Below are positions 25,476-38,070 of a stretch of DNA of 64,000 bases, in pieces. The notes under the pieces are model-generated. The model worked only from the letters and a program-made list of their open reading frames with translations. It did no database searches and was not told the DNA's origin. The translations under genes were made by a program, and so were the position numbers. Every line of letters starts with the position of its first letter. Position 1 is the stretch's first letter. This stretch comes from Octopus sinensis. Its lineage: Eukaryota. The DNA is taken from the NCBI RefSeq assembly GCF_006345805.1, contig NC_043013.1, positions 35,526,001-35,590,000 on the forward strand, written 5' to 3'.

Positions 25476-26247
25476 TATATATTTGTAAAAAATGAAGTTC
25501 GAAAATGCTGCTGTATTATACAATTTTTAATTTTTATATATACATTATAACATGTTTCAGTTAAGAAAAATATCTTAATATTTTAAGAACTTTTCAAGCT
25601 GATCACACAGAAGAATGGTCTTGTCTCCTTTTTTATTCAAAACGGAGATGAAAACGATTCCTCCATCTAACCAGCTTGAAACACTGTTGAGGAAACCAAT
25701 GGTAGCACTGCATCGAACACTTTGAACATATACTTCAAACTATATATCAACTATACATGAACTATATATCAACTATACATGAACTCTAAGATGTCTGACT
25801 CCGTTGTGTATTATAAATGAATTTCTTGTGTTTGACGGCATGAGCTGTCTCTTTTTATATATAACTTTTTTTGATAAGGTTCATTTCAGGAACTGAAACA
25901 TGTTATAATGTATATATAAAAATTAAAAATTGTATAATACAGCAGCATTTTCGAACTTCATTTTTTACAAATATATACCTACTCGTATACGAGCTAATCC
26001 TATTATAAATATATATATATAAGCAAATGTTGAATGAGAATGAGTGCTCAAAACTGCATTGGTGGGTAAAATTTCTTTATTTGTGTATTAGTGTATTAGT
26101 GCTACCATTGGTTTCCTCAACAGTGTTTCAAGCTGGTTAGATGGAGGAATCGTTTTCATCTCCGTTTTGAATAAAAAAGGAGGCAAGACCATTCTTCTGT
26201 GTGATCAGCTTGAAAAGTTCTTAAAATATTAAGATATTTTTCTTAAC
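25476..26247. repeat. Near-perfect split inverted duplication (A 25476-25562 / A' 25891-25977; B 25560-25709 / B' 26098-26247)
   Basis: Direct comparison; only one mismatch seen in B. Confidence 0.9.
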
Positions 26248-26286
26248 ATGAATCCAATGGTAGCCCTGATACACAAATATATATAC

Positions 26287-26330
<44 letters not shown>

Positions 26331-26404
26331 GTATGTATGTATGTATGTATGTATGTATGTATGTATGTATGCATATATGTATTCATGTATTCATGTATGT
26401 ATTC

Positions 26405-26843
26405 ATGAATTGGAGTGCTAAGAGCACCATTCGACTGTGATTGTTGCCGGAGCAGCTAACTGGCTTCCATGCTGGTGGCACGTAAAAAGGACCATTCGAG
26501 TGTGATCATTACCAGCGTCGCTTTGCTGGCACTTGTGCCAGTGGCACGTGAAAAATCATTCGAGTGAGGTCGTTGCCAGTGATGCTGGACTGGCTCCTGT
26601 GCAGGCGGTCCATAAAAAACACCATTTGAGTGTGGCTGTTGCCAGTACTGCCTGACTGGCCCTCGTGCCGGTAGCACCCACTACACTCTCGGAGTGGTTG
26701 TCACTAGGAAGGGCATCCAGCAATAGAAACTCTGGCAGATCAAGATTGGAGCCTGATGCAGCCACCTGGTTTGCCAGTCCTCAGTCAAATCATCCAACCC
26801 ATGCTAGCATGGAAAGCAGACGTTAAACGACGACGACGACGAC

Positions 26844-26876
<33 letters not shown>
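26405..26876 (+). mobile_element. RTE LINE 3' UTR fragment with (GAC/GAT)n tail
   Basis: Homology to 18100-18525. Confidence 0.85.
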
Positions 26877-26877
<1 letters not shown>

Positions 26878-27428
26878 TATGTATGATGGGCTTCTACACA
26901 TTTTCTCTCAACAAAATTCATTCACTTTGGTCAGCCTGGAGCTGTAGTAGACAGACACATATGAAAGGTGCAACACAAGGGTCTGAACCTAAAGCCGCGT
27001 AGTTTGGTAATCAAACTTCTTATACCATACAGTTGAGCCTACACTATTTGAATTCTATGTTAATATATAATCCTGGCAAATCTCAATGCAATTAACACAT
27101 TGAGAGTTACAAACATTGTATATTCTACTTAACATATTCAAGCATGGATAAACAGATTCAATATAAAAACAAGGATTATAAGAATAATAACTAAAAGAAA
27201 TACGGAATCAGAAAATGACATAACCATCACTTGTATATGATATATGTAATTGCTCAGACGAAATTATTCTAGGTTACCAGATTCACCAGTTTGCTATATT
27301 AACACTGGGTACAGTATACTATTTCTCAATTTGAACTGTAAAACTATCTGATTAACAAATCTTTTCTTAATGGACTCACTATGTCCAAGCTTAATAGAAT
27401 GACAGTGTAAACTTAACAACATTCTTAG

Positions 27429-27507
27429 GATCGAGTTATGTTAGAGAGTTGAGTAGCAGACACTTTATAAATGGAATCTGTCATTGTTTGAGAAATTTAA
27501 CACAAAA
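27429..27507 (+). CDS. Candidate exon (xSSYVRELSSRHFINGICHCLRNLTQK)
   Basis: cattcttag acceptor, AAA/gtaagc donor, single open frame, phase 1-2. Confidence 0.3.
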
Positions 27508-27789
27508 GTAAGCTATATTACATTGATCATTTGATTGGAAATGAAATTAAACTTGATATGTCAGGCATCAACTGCATGAATAAATAAATAAATAATTCAA
27601 TGTTGCTTTCTCTGCTTATGATAAATGCTAAAAGCAAAACGATGTCTTTGAGGAGAACAAACAGAGAAAACACTACTTGTACTTGTTTCAAAAGACAAAA
27701 GAAAACATGGTTTATTAATGTCTATATACAAATATGAGTTTGTGTACTGTTACTTTGTTAACATTAAACTGGTTGTTTTGATAATTAAG

Positions 27790-27826
27790 GAAGGAATTCA
27801 TGGTCAAGTACATAACAGCAGAGTTG
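27790..27826 (+). CDS. Candidate exon (KEFMVKYITAEL)
   Basis: Phase 2-0, bridges its two neighbours; weaker donor gtagct. Confidence 0.2.
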
Positions 27827-28230
27827 GTAGCTTTCATCTCTTGACAATTATTTGGCAATCCTTCATTATTATCTGTTGATCTATTAATTAAATTTCAAAT
27901 CAAAACAACATCGAAAATCAAAAGTTAATCTTAAAACGTTATTTTTAATTACTCTCATATTATTTATTTTATTATTGTTTGATGATAGGTGCACTGGTAC
28001 ATCAATTTATTTTATTATGAATTTATGAAAGGTGTCTGGTACATCCTCATTATCTCCATTGTTGCTTTAATGTACATATTTCCATGCTATTGCTATTAAT
28101 GGTCGGACAAGTCTGGAACACAGCATGTTTTAATTCTTGGTAGATAATATTATATATAGTTTTAAATAGAGTTTGCTACTAGATTCTTTACTTGACTGGT
28201 ACATTACATTCAATCAAATTGTTTAAACAG

Positions 28231-28288
28231 CTAAATACAGCAGCAAAAACCATGGCCTACAATCGTGAAAATAAAATTGAAGAACTCG
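28231..28288 (+). CDS. Candidate exon (LNTAAKTMAYNRENKIEEL)
   Basis: tgtttaaacag acceptor, G/gtaatt donor, phase 0-1. Confidence 0.3.
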
Positions 28289-28545
28289 GTAATTTAATAC
28301 TTGATAGAAAAATACAGGAGGGTCATGGATGGAACATCTTTAAAAGTATATAGTCAAAAGCTAAAGAACAAGACCCAAGGCTAAATGGCAAGACCAACAC
28401 TACTACCAAAATAAGATAGCTTTACTTCTCAAGCCATTTACAGTTGTTGTGACAACTCAGTCTGCTAGAAATAGCACCCAAATAATCTCTCCCAGATCAT
28501 GGTTATCTATCTTAAAAATAAACATGTTGAATAATGAAGTTATAC

Positions 28546-28936
28546 ACAGGAGTAGTTGTGTGGTAAGTAGCTTGCTTACCAACCACATGCTTCCGGGTTC
28601 AGTTCCACTGCATGGCACCTTGGGCAAGTGTCTTTTACTATAACCTCGGGTCGACCAAAGGCTTGTGAGTGGGTTTGATAGACAGAAACTTAAAGAAGCC
28701 CGTTGTATGTATATATATGTGTGTATGTATATGTTTGTGTGTCTGTGTTTGTCCCTCCAACATCACTTGACAACCGATGCTAGTGTGTTTACGTCCCCAT
28801 CACTTAACGGTTCAGCAAGAGAGATCGATAGAATAAGTACTAGGCTTACAAAGAATAAGTCCTGAGGTCGATTTGCTTGACTAAAGATGGTGCTCCAGCA
28901 TGGCTGCAGTCAAATGACTGAAACAAGTAAAAGAGA
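28546..28936 (+). mobile_element. SINE family A, full copy
   Basis: Head, core and tail motifs. Confidence 0.9.
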
Positions 28937-29185
28937 ATTAACTCACCCATACAGGTAAAAAAAAAAAAACAGGATGGTCACTGCTGAAACGTCTTTAAAA
29001 ATTAGATTAACTTCATCAAGGCTAAATTGGATCTAAGCAACAGCAGGAACAACAACTTTTGCTCCTAGTATGTTTTTTGGTACACTTAGTGCTCAGGTTT
29101 GTTAAGCTATTTTCATTCTTAATAGGGATTTCTTCTTTTATTTTTTCAATACTCTTGGTAAAGGTATGAATGCCACAACTTCCTA

Positions 29186-29407
29186 TACTCTTTTACTTGT
29201 TTCAGTCATTTGACTTTGGCCATGCTGGAGCACCACCTTTAGTCGAATAAATCTACCCCAGGACTTATTCTTTGTAAGCCTAGTACTTATTCTATTGGTG
29301 TCTTTTGTCGAACTGCTAAGTTACGGGGACATACGCACACCAGCATCGGTTGTCAAGCAATGTTGGGCGGACAGACAGACACACAAACATGTACACATAC
29401 ATACACA

Positions 29408-29461
<54 letters not shown>

Positions 29462-29633
29462 CCCATATAAGTCAGGTTTCTTTCAGTTTCTGTCTACCAA
29501 ATCCACTCGCAAAGCTTTAGTCGGCCCAAGGCTATAGTTGAAGACACTTGCCCAAGGTGCCATGCAGTGGGACTGAATCCAGAACTATACAGTTGGTAAG
29601 CAAGCTACTTGCCATACAACCACTCCTATGCCT
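29186..29633 (-). mobile_element. SINE family A, full copy
   Basis: Reverse complement of 28546-28936. Confidence 0.9.
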
Positions 29634-30583
29634 ATATTTACAACTCTATAAAAAATCTTTCTTAATCAAGGAATAATTTCTGTCTTGAAGTAAGCCCTGA
29701 AACTAAGTGAATATTGTTCACAATTAAGTCATAATTCATGATTAGAACTGTTTCCCTTTCCTTTCATGACCACCAGAAACTAAACAAAAAGAGCATGACC
29801 ATCACTAATTCATAATCTCCTTCACTTAAAATTATAAAATTTCATATCTGGTTAAGAAATCATTGTTTCTGTTTTGAATATTTTCCAACAGCAAAATAGT
29901 AAGCTGGCAAAATCACAAGACAATCATAGAAAACGCTAAGTGACAATTCTTTAAATTTTGGGTTCGAATCCAATCAAAGTTAACCACACCTTTTGCCCTT
30001 CCGGGGTCAATAAAGTAAAGTACCAGTCAACAACTGGGATTGATATAATCACATCCAACCCTCAAAATTACTTGCTCTGTGCCAAAATTAAAAAGAATTT
30101 TTTCCAACTGCTGTTTCAGGAGTTTTAGGCAAAAGAAGGGGTAAAAACACTCCAGGACTTATAGATAAATAAAGAAAAAATCTGAACAATTCCGGAACCA
30201 AAGATTAAATATAAATTTAAAAATGAATAATCAGATGAATGATGTTAGAAAAGACAGAAATGGTTAAATGCTAAAAGTATTTTAACATGACAGATTTCAG
30301 ACATGTCAGCTAAAACATAAGATTTTGTCAAACTTGGATATTCTAACAAAAACAAATTTGTGACCATCAAGGCAACAATTTTGCCAACACTAAAATCTAC
30401 ATAACAGGTGTCTATGTCCATTCCAAAAATATTTGTCTATTATTCAACTAGGATGATAGCTAACCAATTAATGTAAAGTGTGATTGTATGTGTAAGTTGA
30501 GCTTGTAATTATATCTACATGTGTGTCTATGTGAGTGCATATATGTAGTTATATATGAATAAGCTTGACTGCATGTTTGTATG

Positions 30584-30618
<35 letters not shown>

Positions 30619-30934
30619 ATGTACATGTATATATGTACTACAATAAGCTCGTCATAAGAAATAAAAGCAGTTAAAAAGTTTGCAAATTTAACTAATGTAA
30701 TATGGTAGAAAGAAAAAAAAATGACTGACAGATTAAGAAGATAATAAGAGCCACAATTAAATGGTATAGTTAAAAGAGATTTAAAATTAACTTGTTTCTC
30801 TTGAAATATGTCTGTACTTAATTAAGCAGTGAATACATGTTCCATTATGAACATGTATTCAACTTTAACTCATACCGATTTTACATTTTCAATGCTTTAG
30901 CATTTCTCTTCTTGCTTTCATTTTATAATTTTAA

Positions 30935-31150
30935 GGCAGTGAGCTGGCGGAATCGTTAGCATTCCAGGCAAAATGCTTAGTGGCATATCATCGGTCTCTA
31001 CGTTCAGAGTTCAAATTATGCTGACATTGACTTTGTTTTTCATCCTTTCAGGGTCAATAAAATAAGAACCAGCTGGGTAACTGGAGTTGATGTAATTGCC
31101 TTAGCCCCCACTTCTTTGATAACAGTTGCCTTGTGCCAAAATTTGAAACC
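30935..31150 (+). mobile_element. SINE family B
   Basis: Head and core motifs. Confidence 0.85.
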
Positions 31151-31319
31151 ACTGCAACTACTGCTGCTTGCTACTACTACTACTACTATTTCTATTTTTG
31201 CTTTTGTCTTTCATCCAGATATGTTCTCAAGAATTAAAAGAAATTTTTCCTCTTATCTCACACTTTTCTGTTTGCAGCTTTTAATTATTTTCTTTCAGGT
31301 TCTTTTATTTTATGAATGT

Positions 31320-31711
31320 ACGTATAAACATTTTTCTGTCTCTCACTCTTGCTCAGTAACTCTGAGCACCTTTTCAAACTCCAACTGTCTAACACCCATG
31401 GACATGTTTACAAAGTCAGAAAACAGTACAGCTCCTATGACTTTCGGAAACATTTTTTCACACTAAGAGTTGCTGAAGTATGGAACAAACTGCCGGCATC
31501 AGTTGTCAGTTGTCAGACCACTGCATCCTTCAAAACTTCCATGCTTCCTGAGATTCGCCAACACTACACCTGATTTTCTCCCCTCCATACACATGCAAGC
31601 ATGTATCTGACTCATACACTGTTCACTTTCCAGACATTTGTACATTACTGCATATGCTTTATATGTACTTTTGACAAGTTATAGTGCACTTGAGCACTAT
31701 ATGCAATAATT

Positions 31712-31748
<37 letters not shown>
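31320..31748 (+). mobile_element. CR1-clade LINE 3' end
   Basis: THGHVYKVRK...RKHFFTLRVAEVWNKLPASVV...FK, the canonical CR1 ORF2 end; UTR and (ATT)n tail. Confidence 0.9.
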
Positions 31749-31749
<1 letters not shown>

Positions 31750-32240
31750 TATATTTTTTCAACAAACCCACAAATATCTCACAAGAGTGATTCTTCCTGC
31801 CACATCTGATTAAAAAATTTTGGTTTTAACTAATGACTATTTCTTACCAACACAGGAAACTCTGTGGTTTTAGAGGAGCTGAAATATATCAGAGAACTTC
31901 CAAACATTAATAAAAATAAATCTACCTCATTTCACGAGATTTCAAATTTTATAGTAACTTGTGATACCAAAACTTGTGTACCAAAACACAACTATGTGCA
32001 ATTAGGGCACTAGATAGGACCTCTTAAGTTCAAATATGTTGAAGGTTGGACTGAAAACTCATGATAAGACTAAAACTAAAAGAAGATAAAAAGAAGGAAA
32101 GCAGGCAATGGCCCAATGCAAGAAACAAGCTGGTGGAAGCTAAGGAAACGGGAGAGAAAGACTGAAAGACAGTAAAAGTAGTTGTGATGGGCATGGCTGG
32201 GAAAAGAATAAAAGTATTGGGTATTTTAACCCTTTAGCAT

Positions 32241-32848
32241 TTAACACTTTTGATACCAACCTGGCTGAAACCACCTCTGGGTCTGTAGTACGAATGTCTT
32301 GTTTTCAAAAGTTCTGAATTAAAATCTTCCACTAGATCTTAATCAAAATTTATGTTCCTAACACAAGCTTAATGATTACTAAGTTATTTTACTAAATTCT
32401 TTGTTATATTTAAAACGAGCAGTATCGCCCGGAGTTGCTCGGGTTTGTAAGGGAAATAACTAGATAAGCATTTTTAGAGAGTTATAGGCAAAAAATAGCA
32501 AAAAATGATGGTAATTTTTTTTTTAAATCGTTGACTCATCGTAGACATTTTTAGAGAGTTACTTCCCTTATATAATAGCGAAAAAAATACATTAAAATGG
32601 AAAAAAATTATGGTAAATTTTTTTTTAATTGTAGACTCATCGTAGACGCGTGCTAATACCCAGAAGGGTTCAATATGAATCATGACTATAAGATACCCAC
32701 TTTTGGTTACACTGCACCGCAAAATGTGGGAGTAGTTAGGAATCTAAATCGTAGGAGACAGACAGTACACAACCTCACTTTTATATATAAAGATTAATTG
32801 AAAGAAACACAGAACATCTCAACAAGAATATGGTAACAAAAGAGTTAA
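32241..32848 (-). mobile_element. TTAA-bounded (piggyBac-like) MITE interrupted by a Helitron-type element
   Basis: Uninterrupted homolog at 51816-52045; TTAA at both ends. Confidence 0.85.
32416..32793 (-). mobile_element. Non-autonomous Helitron-type element
   Basis: 5' TC, subterminal GC hairpin, CTCG (variant of CTAG) end, inserted between A and T; homolog at 53734-54110. Confidence 0.85.
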
Positions 32849-33007
32849 ACCAAACATAACCTACCAAAATATTCTACCTGTTTTATGTTGAAACTGGCCA
32901 GTTCTGACCCCTCACATCAACCGTATGATATCATTCTCCAAAAGTAATAATCACATCATTGACATCTTGATACAATAGGATTATTTTTATTTATGCACCC
33001 TTTTCAA

Positions 33008-33290
33008 GCCTAGCCAGGCTCATGGACCCAGTTTCCCAGTTTCTGTGGTGTATGTGTTCCCCCCAACTGGACAGGATGCCAGTCCATCGCAGCATTACTC
33101 AAGAAGCAGGAAGAAAGAGTGAGAGAAAATTGGGGCAAAAGAGTACGACAGGGGTCGCCACCACCCACTGCCAGAGCCTCATGGAGTTTTAGGTGTTTTT
33201 GCTCAATAAACACACACAACAACCGGTCTGGGAATTGAAACCGCGATCCTCTGACCGCGAGTCCGCTGCTCTAACCACTGGGCCATGATA
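33008..33290 (-). mobile_element. SINE family C-related
   Basis: Reverse complement atggcccagtggttagagcagcggactcgcggtcagaggatcgcggtttcaattccc tRNA-like head. Confidence 0.8.
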
Positions 33291-34266
33291 TAATAGGATA
33301 ATGCATGATTAATTCAAAACTGTGTGAATAAATAAGCATTAGTTTTGAGAGTATAATGTGAATGTTAAATGGTTAAAAAGACAATTAAATTGAAGGTAAT
33401 GAAAGACTCTCTAGAGTTTGAAAAAATATGAGATAAGAGAAATGAGCTGAAAATATATAGAGAGGAGAGAAGGAAAAGATTTAAAACTTTTATAAGATAT
33501 AAACATCTGAAATGTTGAACGGTTTATTGAATGTTTGCTAATTGGTCGTTTAGATAATTAAATATTTATTTTCGTTTGGCTTCTTGATTGGTTGATTAAA
33601 TGGAAACCTGGTTTGTTTGCTGATTAGTTAAGTAGTTACCTGGGTATTCCTATTACTTGCTGATTGGTTACATTAGTAGTGGACTGGCTGGTTAGCGGGT
33701 TGGATACTTCAATTCTTAGGTCACTATGACATAGCGGAGATCTTGTAAACAAATAAACAAGCAAAAATAATACCACCATCACACCACCACCGCCAACAAC
33801 AACGACAACAACAACAAAAACATCGGCAGCCACAATAAACTAATCTTAGATTGAGTTGATCAATCCAAAAAGGGAAGGTTCGTGTTATGAAGGAGATTCA
33901 TTTGCTCTGGATTTTTGTTTGAAGATATTGCTAATAATAACAAGAAAAACATTAATAATATTATATATACATACCTATATATATACGTCTATATATATAT
34001 GTCTATATATACATATATATATATACATATATAGAAACCTATGTCTACATATATGTATACATATAAACATATATATATGCATATATATACATACATACAA
34101 GTATATGCATATATAAATATATATATATATATATAAATATTCATCCAATGTCTCACACCTAAATTATTAAAAGGCTAAAAACTATATATATGTATGAATA
34201 TAAATTGCGCGTGTGTATTTGTCCATTTAGGTATATGCATATCTGTGTATGGATGTATATATGAAT

Positions 34267-34298
<32 letters not shown>

Positions 34299-34873
34299 TA
34301 CATATATATATACATATTATACACACACACACTCACACCCAAATTTAGTTATTTATTAACCTTTTAATGCATCTAGACACCCACACATGCACTCTCACAC
34401 ACCCCACGCTTACATATATCTTTTCTCATAGAATATTAAAATTCAAATGTTCAACAGGAAAGCTATCAGGATATTATATATATATTAATTGAATGATGTA
34501 TGTTCAATGGACTCTAACTAAATATAATGGGCCAAGTGGATTTGCTTTTGATCTCAAGGTAAACACAAAGATTGATAAGGTAACATTATACACACACATA
34601 CACACACATACACGCATGCACACACACTCACACATATATCTTCACTTCAGTTAGATATAGGCTTATATTACACACAAATGAATGTACATACATGCATTCA
34701 AACTAAACTGTTTATATTAAATATCGCGATGATAAAAAGTCTTCCATATACACACACACACATATATATACATATATATACATATAAATTTATAAATATA
34801 AACTTATATGTATATTATATAGATGTGTGTATGAGCAGGTCTGTGTATATAAGTGCATAAATGTGTGTCTATA

Positions 34874-34919
<46 letters not shown>

Positions 34920-35344
34920 CACATGTACATAAACATATATATAGATATATATACACATCTCTGTATACTTATATGCATATATATTATATGTATATATGTA
35001 TATAAAATATATGAATTATTTTTTATATATATATGTATACAGTATATTTTATATTATATAAACTGGATATACATACTATATATATATATGTGTGTGTGTA
35101 TGTGTATATATATATATGTATATGTATGTATATAGATGTATATATAGGTGGCCTGTAAGTATGTAATAATAAGTTTTGGAAAATTAAAATGGCAGGATAA
35201 GAATCTCCAAAACCAATATCTTTATTGATGAATGTTGCTTCAATCTCTATAATCATTGATGTTGTTCGTGTTGTTATAGTTATTGCTTTGTTTTTTGCTT
35301 TCTTTGCTCTATGTTTATCATTTTATAAATATACGTGAATATAT

Positions 35345-35438
<94 letters not shown>

Positions 35439-35479
35439 TATATAAATGTATATATATATATACATATATACATATATGC

Positions 35480-35522
<43 letters not shown>

Positions 35523-35628
35523 TATATGTGTATATATACGTACACTTATAATATTTTGTTTCTTGGTTTGTTTTCTTTGTTTATTTGTTTGTTTTGTTAT
35601 GCTTTTTCCTTTCCGTTTTCCTTTTATT

Positions 35629-35666
<38 letters not shown>

Positions 35667-36019
35667 GCTTCCTCCTGCTCGTCCTCCTACTGCTACTATT
35701 TACCATTTTTGGTTTTGGAAGGAAGAGGCTGTACAGTGCCGGGAGAATCTGAGGTGTTATGCTGAAGATTTGTTATGAAGCGTCCATTGAAAAATCATAT
35801 TTATCTTGTGAAGATTATTGGGCAAACATTGCCTTGTAATAATAAAGATGTTAAGAGCTAGAACTTAAATATTCACTCAATTAGTCTCTAGGTTGAATAG
35901 GTAAAGTGAATTAACCTCCATCTTCCTCTTTGATAAATGCTAAGAAAAAATATAAATATAAATATATTGATATATATATATACATATACATATATTATAT
36001 ATATATATATGTATATGTA

Positions 36020-36110
<91 letters not shown>

Positions 36111-36289
36111 AATACATTAAAAAATGAGATGTGTAAGAAGGAAGAGCAACAAAAAAAATGAAAAATAGCTAAACAAAAAATTAAGTATGAATTAAATCAG
36201 TCAACTCTGCTATACTTACCAAAAATATATTAATTATTATATTGGTTTTATTTCTCTTTGAGAATGCCAATTGCACAGGTGCTAGTGTA

Positions 36290-37095
36290 GTTGATGACAA
36301 ATCAAGTGGTCAGTGGTTCATATCTCTGTCACCTCTTTGCATTCATGGTCGAAGATTTTAAGCTCTCTTTGGCTAGCTGTATGTAGCCATCATGGAAGTA
36401 AGATGCTGTAGTTCCATTCTGTGAGCAGCCTCAGCTCTCAAAAGTTTCTGATAAATATGTTGGCTCATTTAAGAAGTTACCAACAATGTCAGGTTTCCTA
36501 TGTTTAATCTAATGGTCACACTGAATCATTGTGTCCCACAGGATTTTGTAATCCTCATTATCAGTAACTCTTCTGGAGATTCAGTCATATCATGTCCTTG
36601 ATCATTCTAGGCCATATTTTCTGCAAAGTTCCCAATGGATCATTCTTGCTATGTTGTCATGTTGCCTGTTGTATTCACACTCTGTCAGTTTCAGGCATTC
36701 ACTAACAATGTACCACACTCTGTCACACCTTTCACCACACATTCTGCGTTTGTTGCTCTCAGTAGTTTTATCATTTCTGCACTTCATACAATTTGTCCTC
36801 AATTTCCTCTATTTCATACAATTTGTCCTCAATTGTCCTCTATTTCTATATTCAAGTCATTCCTCTGCATCCATAACCATTGGCTTTCTGTATCTGTCTT
36901 TGTGTTTATATCTCTTGCAAATTGACCATACATTTTTTCCTTTCCATGCCATTTCTTTTTTCTTGCATTTTTTGGTCTCCCTTTTTAAAATTCTCTTTCT
37001 CAACACACTTATCAGTTTTGATAATGCCAGACTACTTTACAACCATCAACAATCGTTCCACAGCACTTTTTACATACCACCTCAATTGCAAACTA
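36290..37095 (-). mobile_element. RLE-type (R4/Dong-like) LINE fragment
   Basis: RRMCGERCDRVWYIVSECLKL...RQHDNIARMIHWELCRKYGL, a degenerate CCHC knuckle region preceding the RLE; abuts (AAT)n. Confidence 0.85.
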
Positions 37096-37110
37096 AACTA
37101 TTATTATTTG

Positions 37111-37158
<48 letters not shown>

Positions 37159-37191
37159 GTTGTGTTGTTGTTGTTGTTGTTGTTGTTGTTA

Positions 37192-37677
37192 TTGAGCAAG
37201 GGAGCAGCATGCACCATCAAAGTGATGTGGGGATACAAATATATGAAACCTGATATACCTATCATAACTACCCGTCCAATAAGGGTACACTAGGCACATG
37301 CATTACAACCACATGTGCATGATGTGGTGATCTCATATCAAGATAAACCCTACGTGATCTTGCAGGTGGGGGCCCAGTTAGAATTTTTTCTTCAAGTTGT
37401 GTAGCCCTTACTGCTCAAAAGGATCCTGAATAAGGCATTGCTTAAAAATGATTTATGAAAAACTCATGTTTCCAAAAGTGAATTATTCAAACCCTGAAAA
37501 ATCCCTCTCAACATGTGCCTAAGATGCCTCCCTACTACTTCTGCTTGAGATTAGAGATGCCCATATTTTAAGCCACTTAGGGACATGCTCGACTGGTTAA
37601 AGTCAAGCAACTGACAGAACAAATCTGTGGTACTGAGCAGAATATATGCTGCAGCCCATCTTTTATACAAAGATAAA
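37192..37677 (-). mobile_element. Family E, older diverged copy
   Basis: Homology to the other copies; (ATT)n(GTT)n at the tail side. Confidence 0.85.
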
Positions 37678-37771
37678 GCATTTTGTTAATAATGCTTTCA
37701 ATCAGTTAAGATCAAAAGCCATGAGAGCCACTGCCTGGTACCGCATCAGGGCATTTATTATTATCAGCACT

Positions 37772-38062
37772 GGAGCACATGGCTTAGTGGTTAGGGTGTT
37801 GCACTAATGAACTAGAGATCAGGATTTCAATCCTAGACTGGGTGGTGTGTTGTGTTCTTGAGCAAAGCACTTCATCTCACATTGTTTTGTGATCACTTTG
37901 GCATCTGACATGTGGTACACTGTTTAACTGTTCAGACTGTGTCAATTTGATGGAGGGAGTGAGCTAATTGTACAACACATACATCTGATCATCATAAATA
38001 AATCATTTGTGCAGGTCGTTTGGCAGTAGCTGAACTCTTATACACCATCACTGACAGGAGAG
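37772..38062 (+). mobile_element. SINE family C
   Basis: gcacatggcttagtggttagggtg head, gttcttgagcaaagcacttc core. Confidence 0.8.
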
Positions 38063-38070
38063 TCTATCTT

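Larger units (their letters stand above)
32226..33376. mobile_element. Outer TTAA-bounded MITE hosting nested insertions
   Basis: ttaaccctttagcatt ... aatgttaaatggttaa terminal inverted repeats. Confidence 0.7.
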
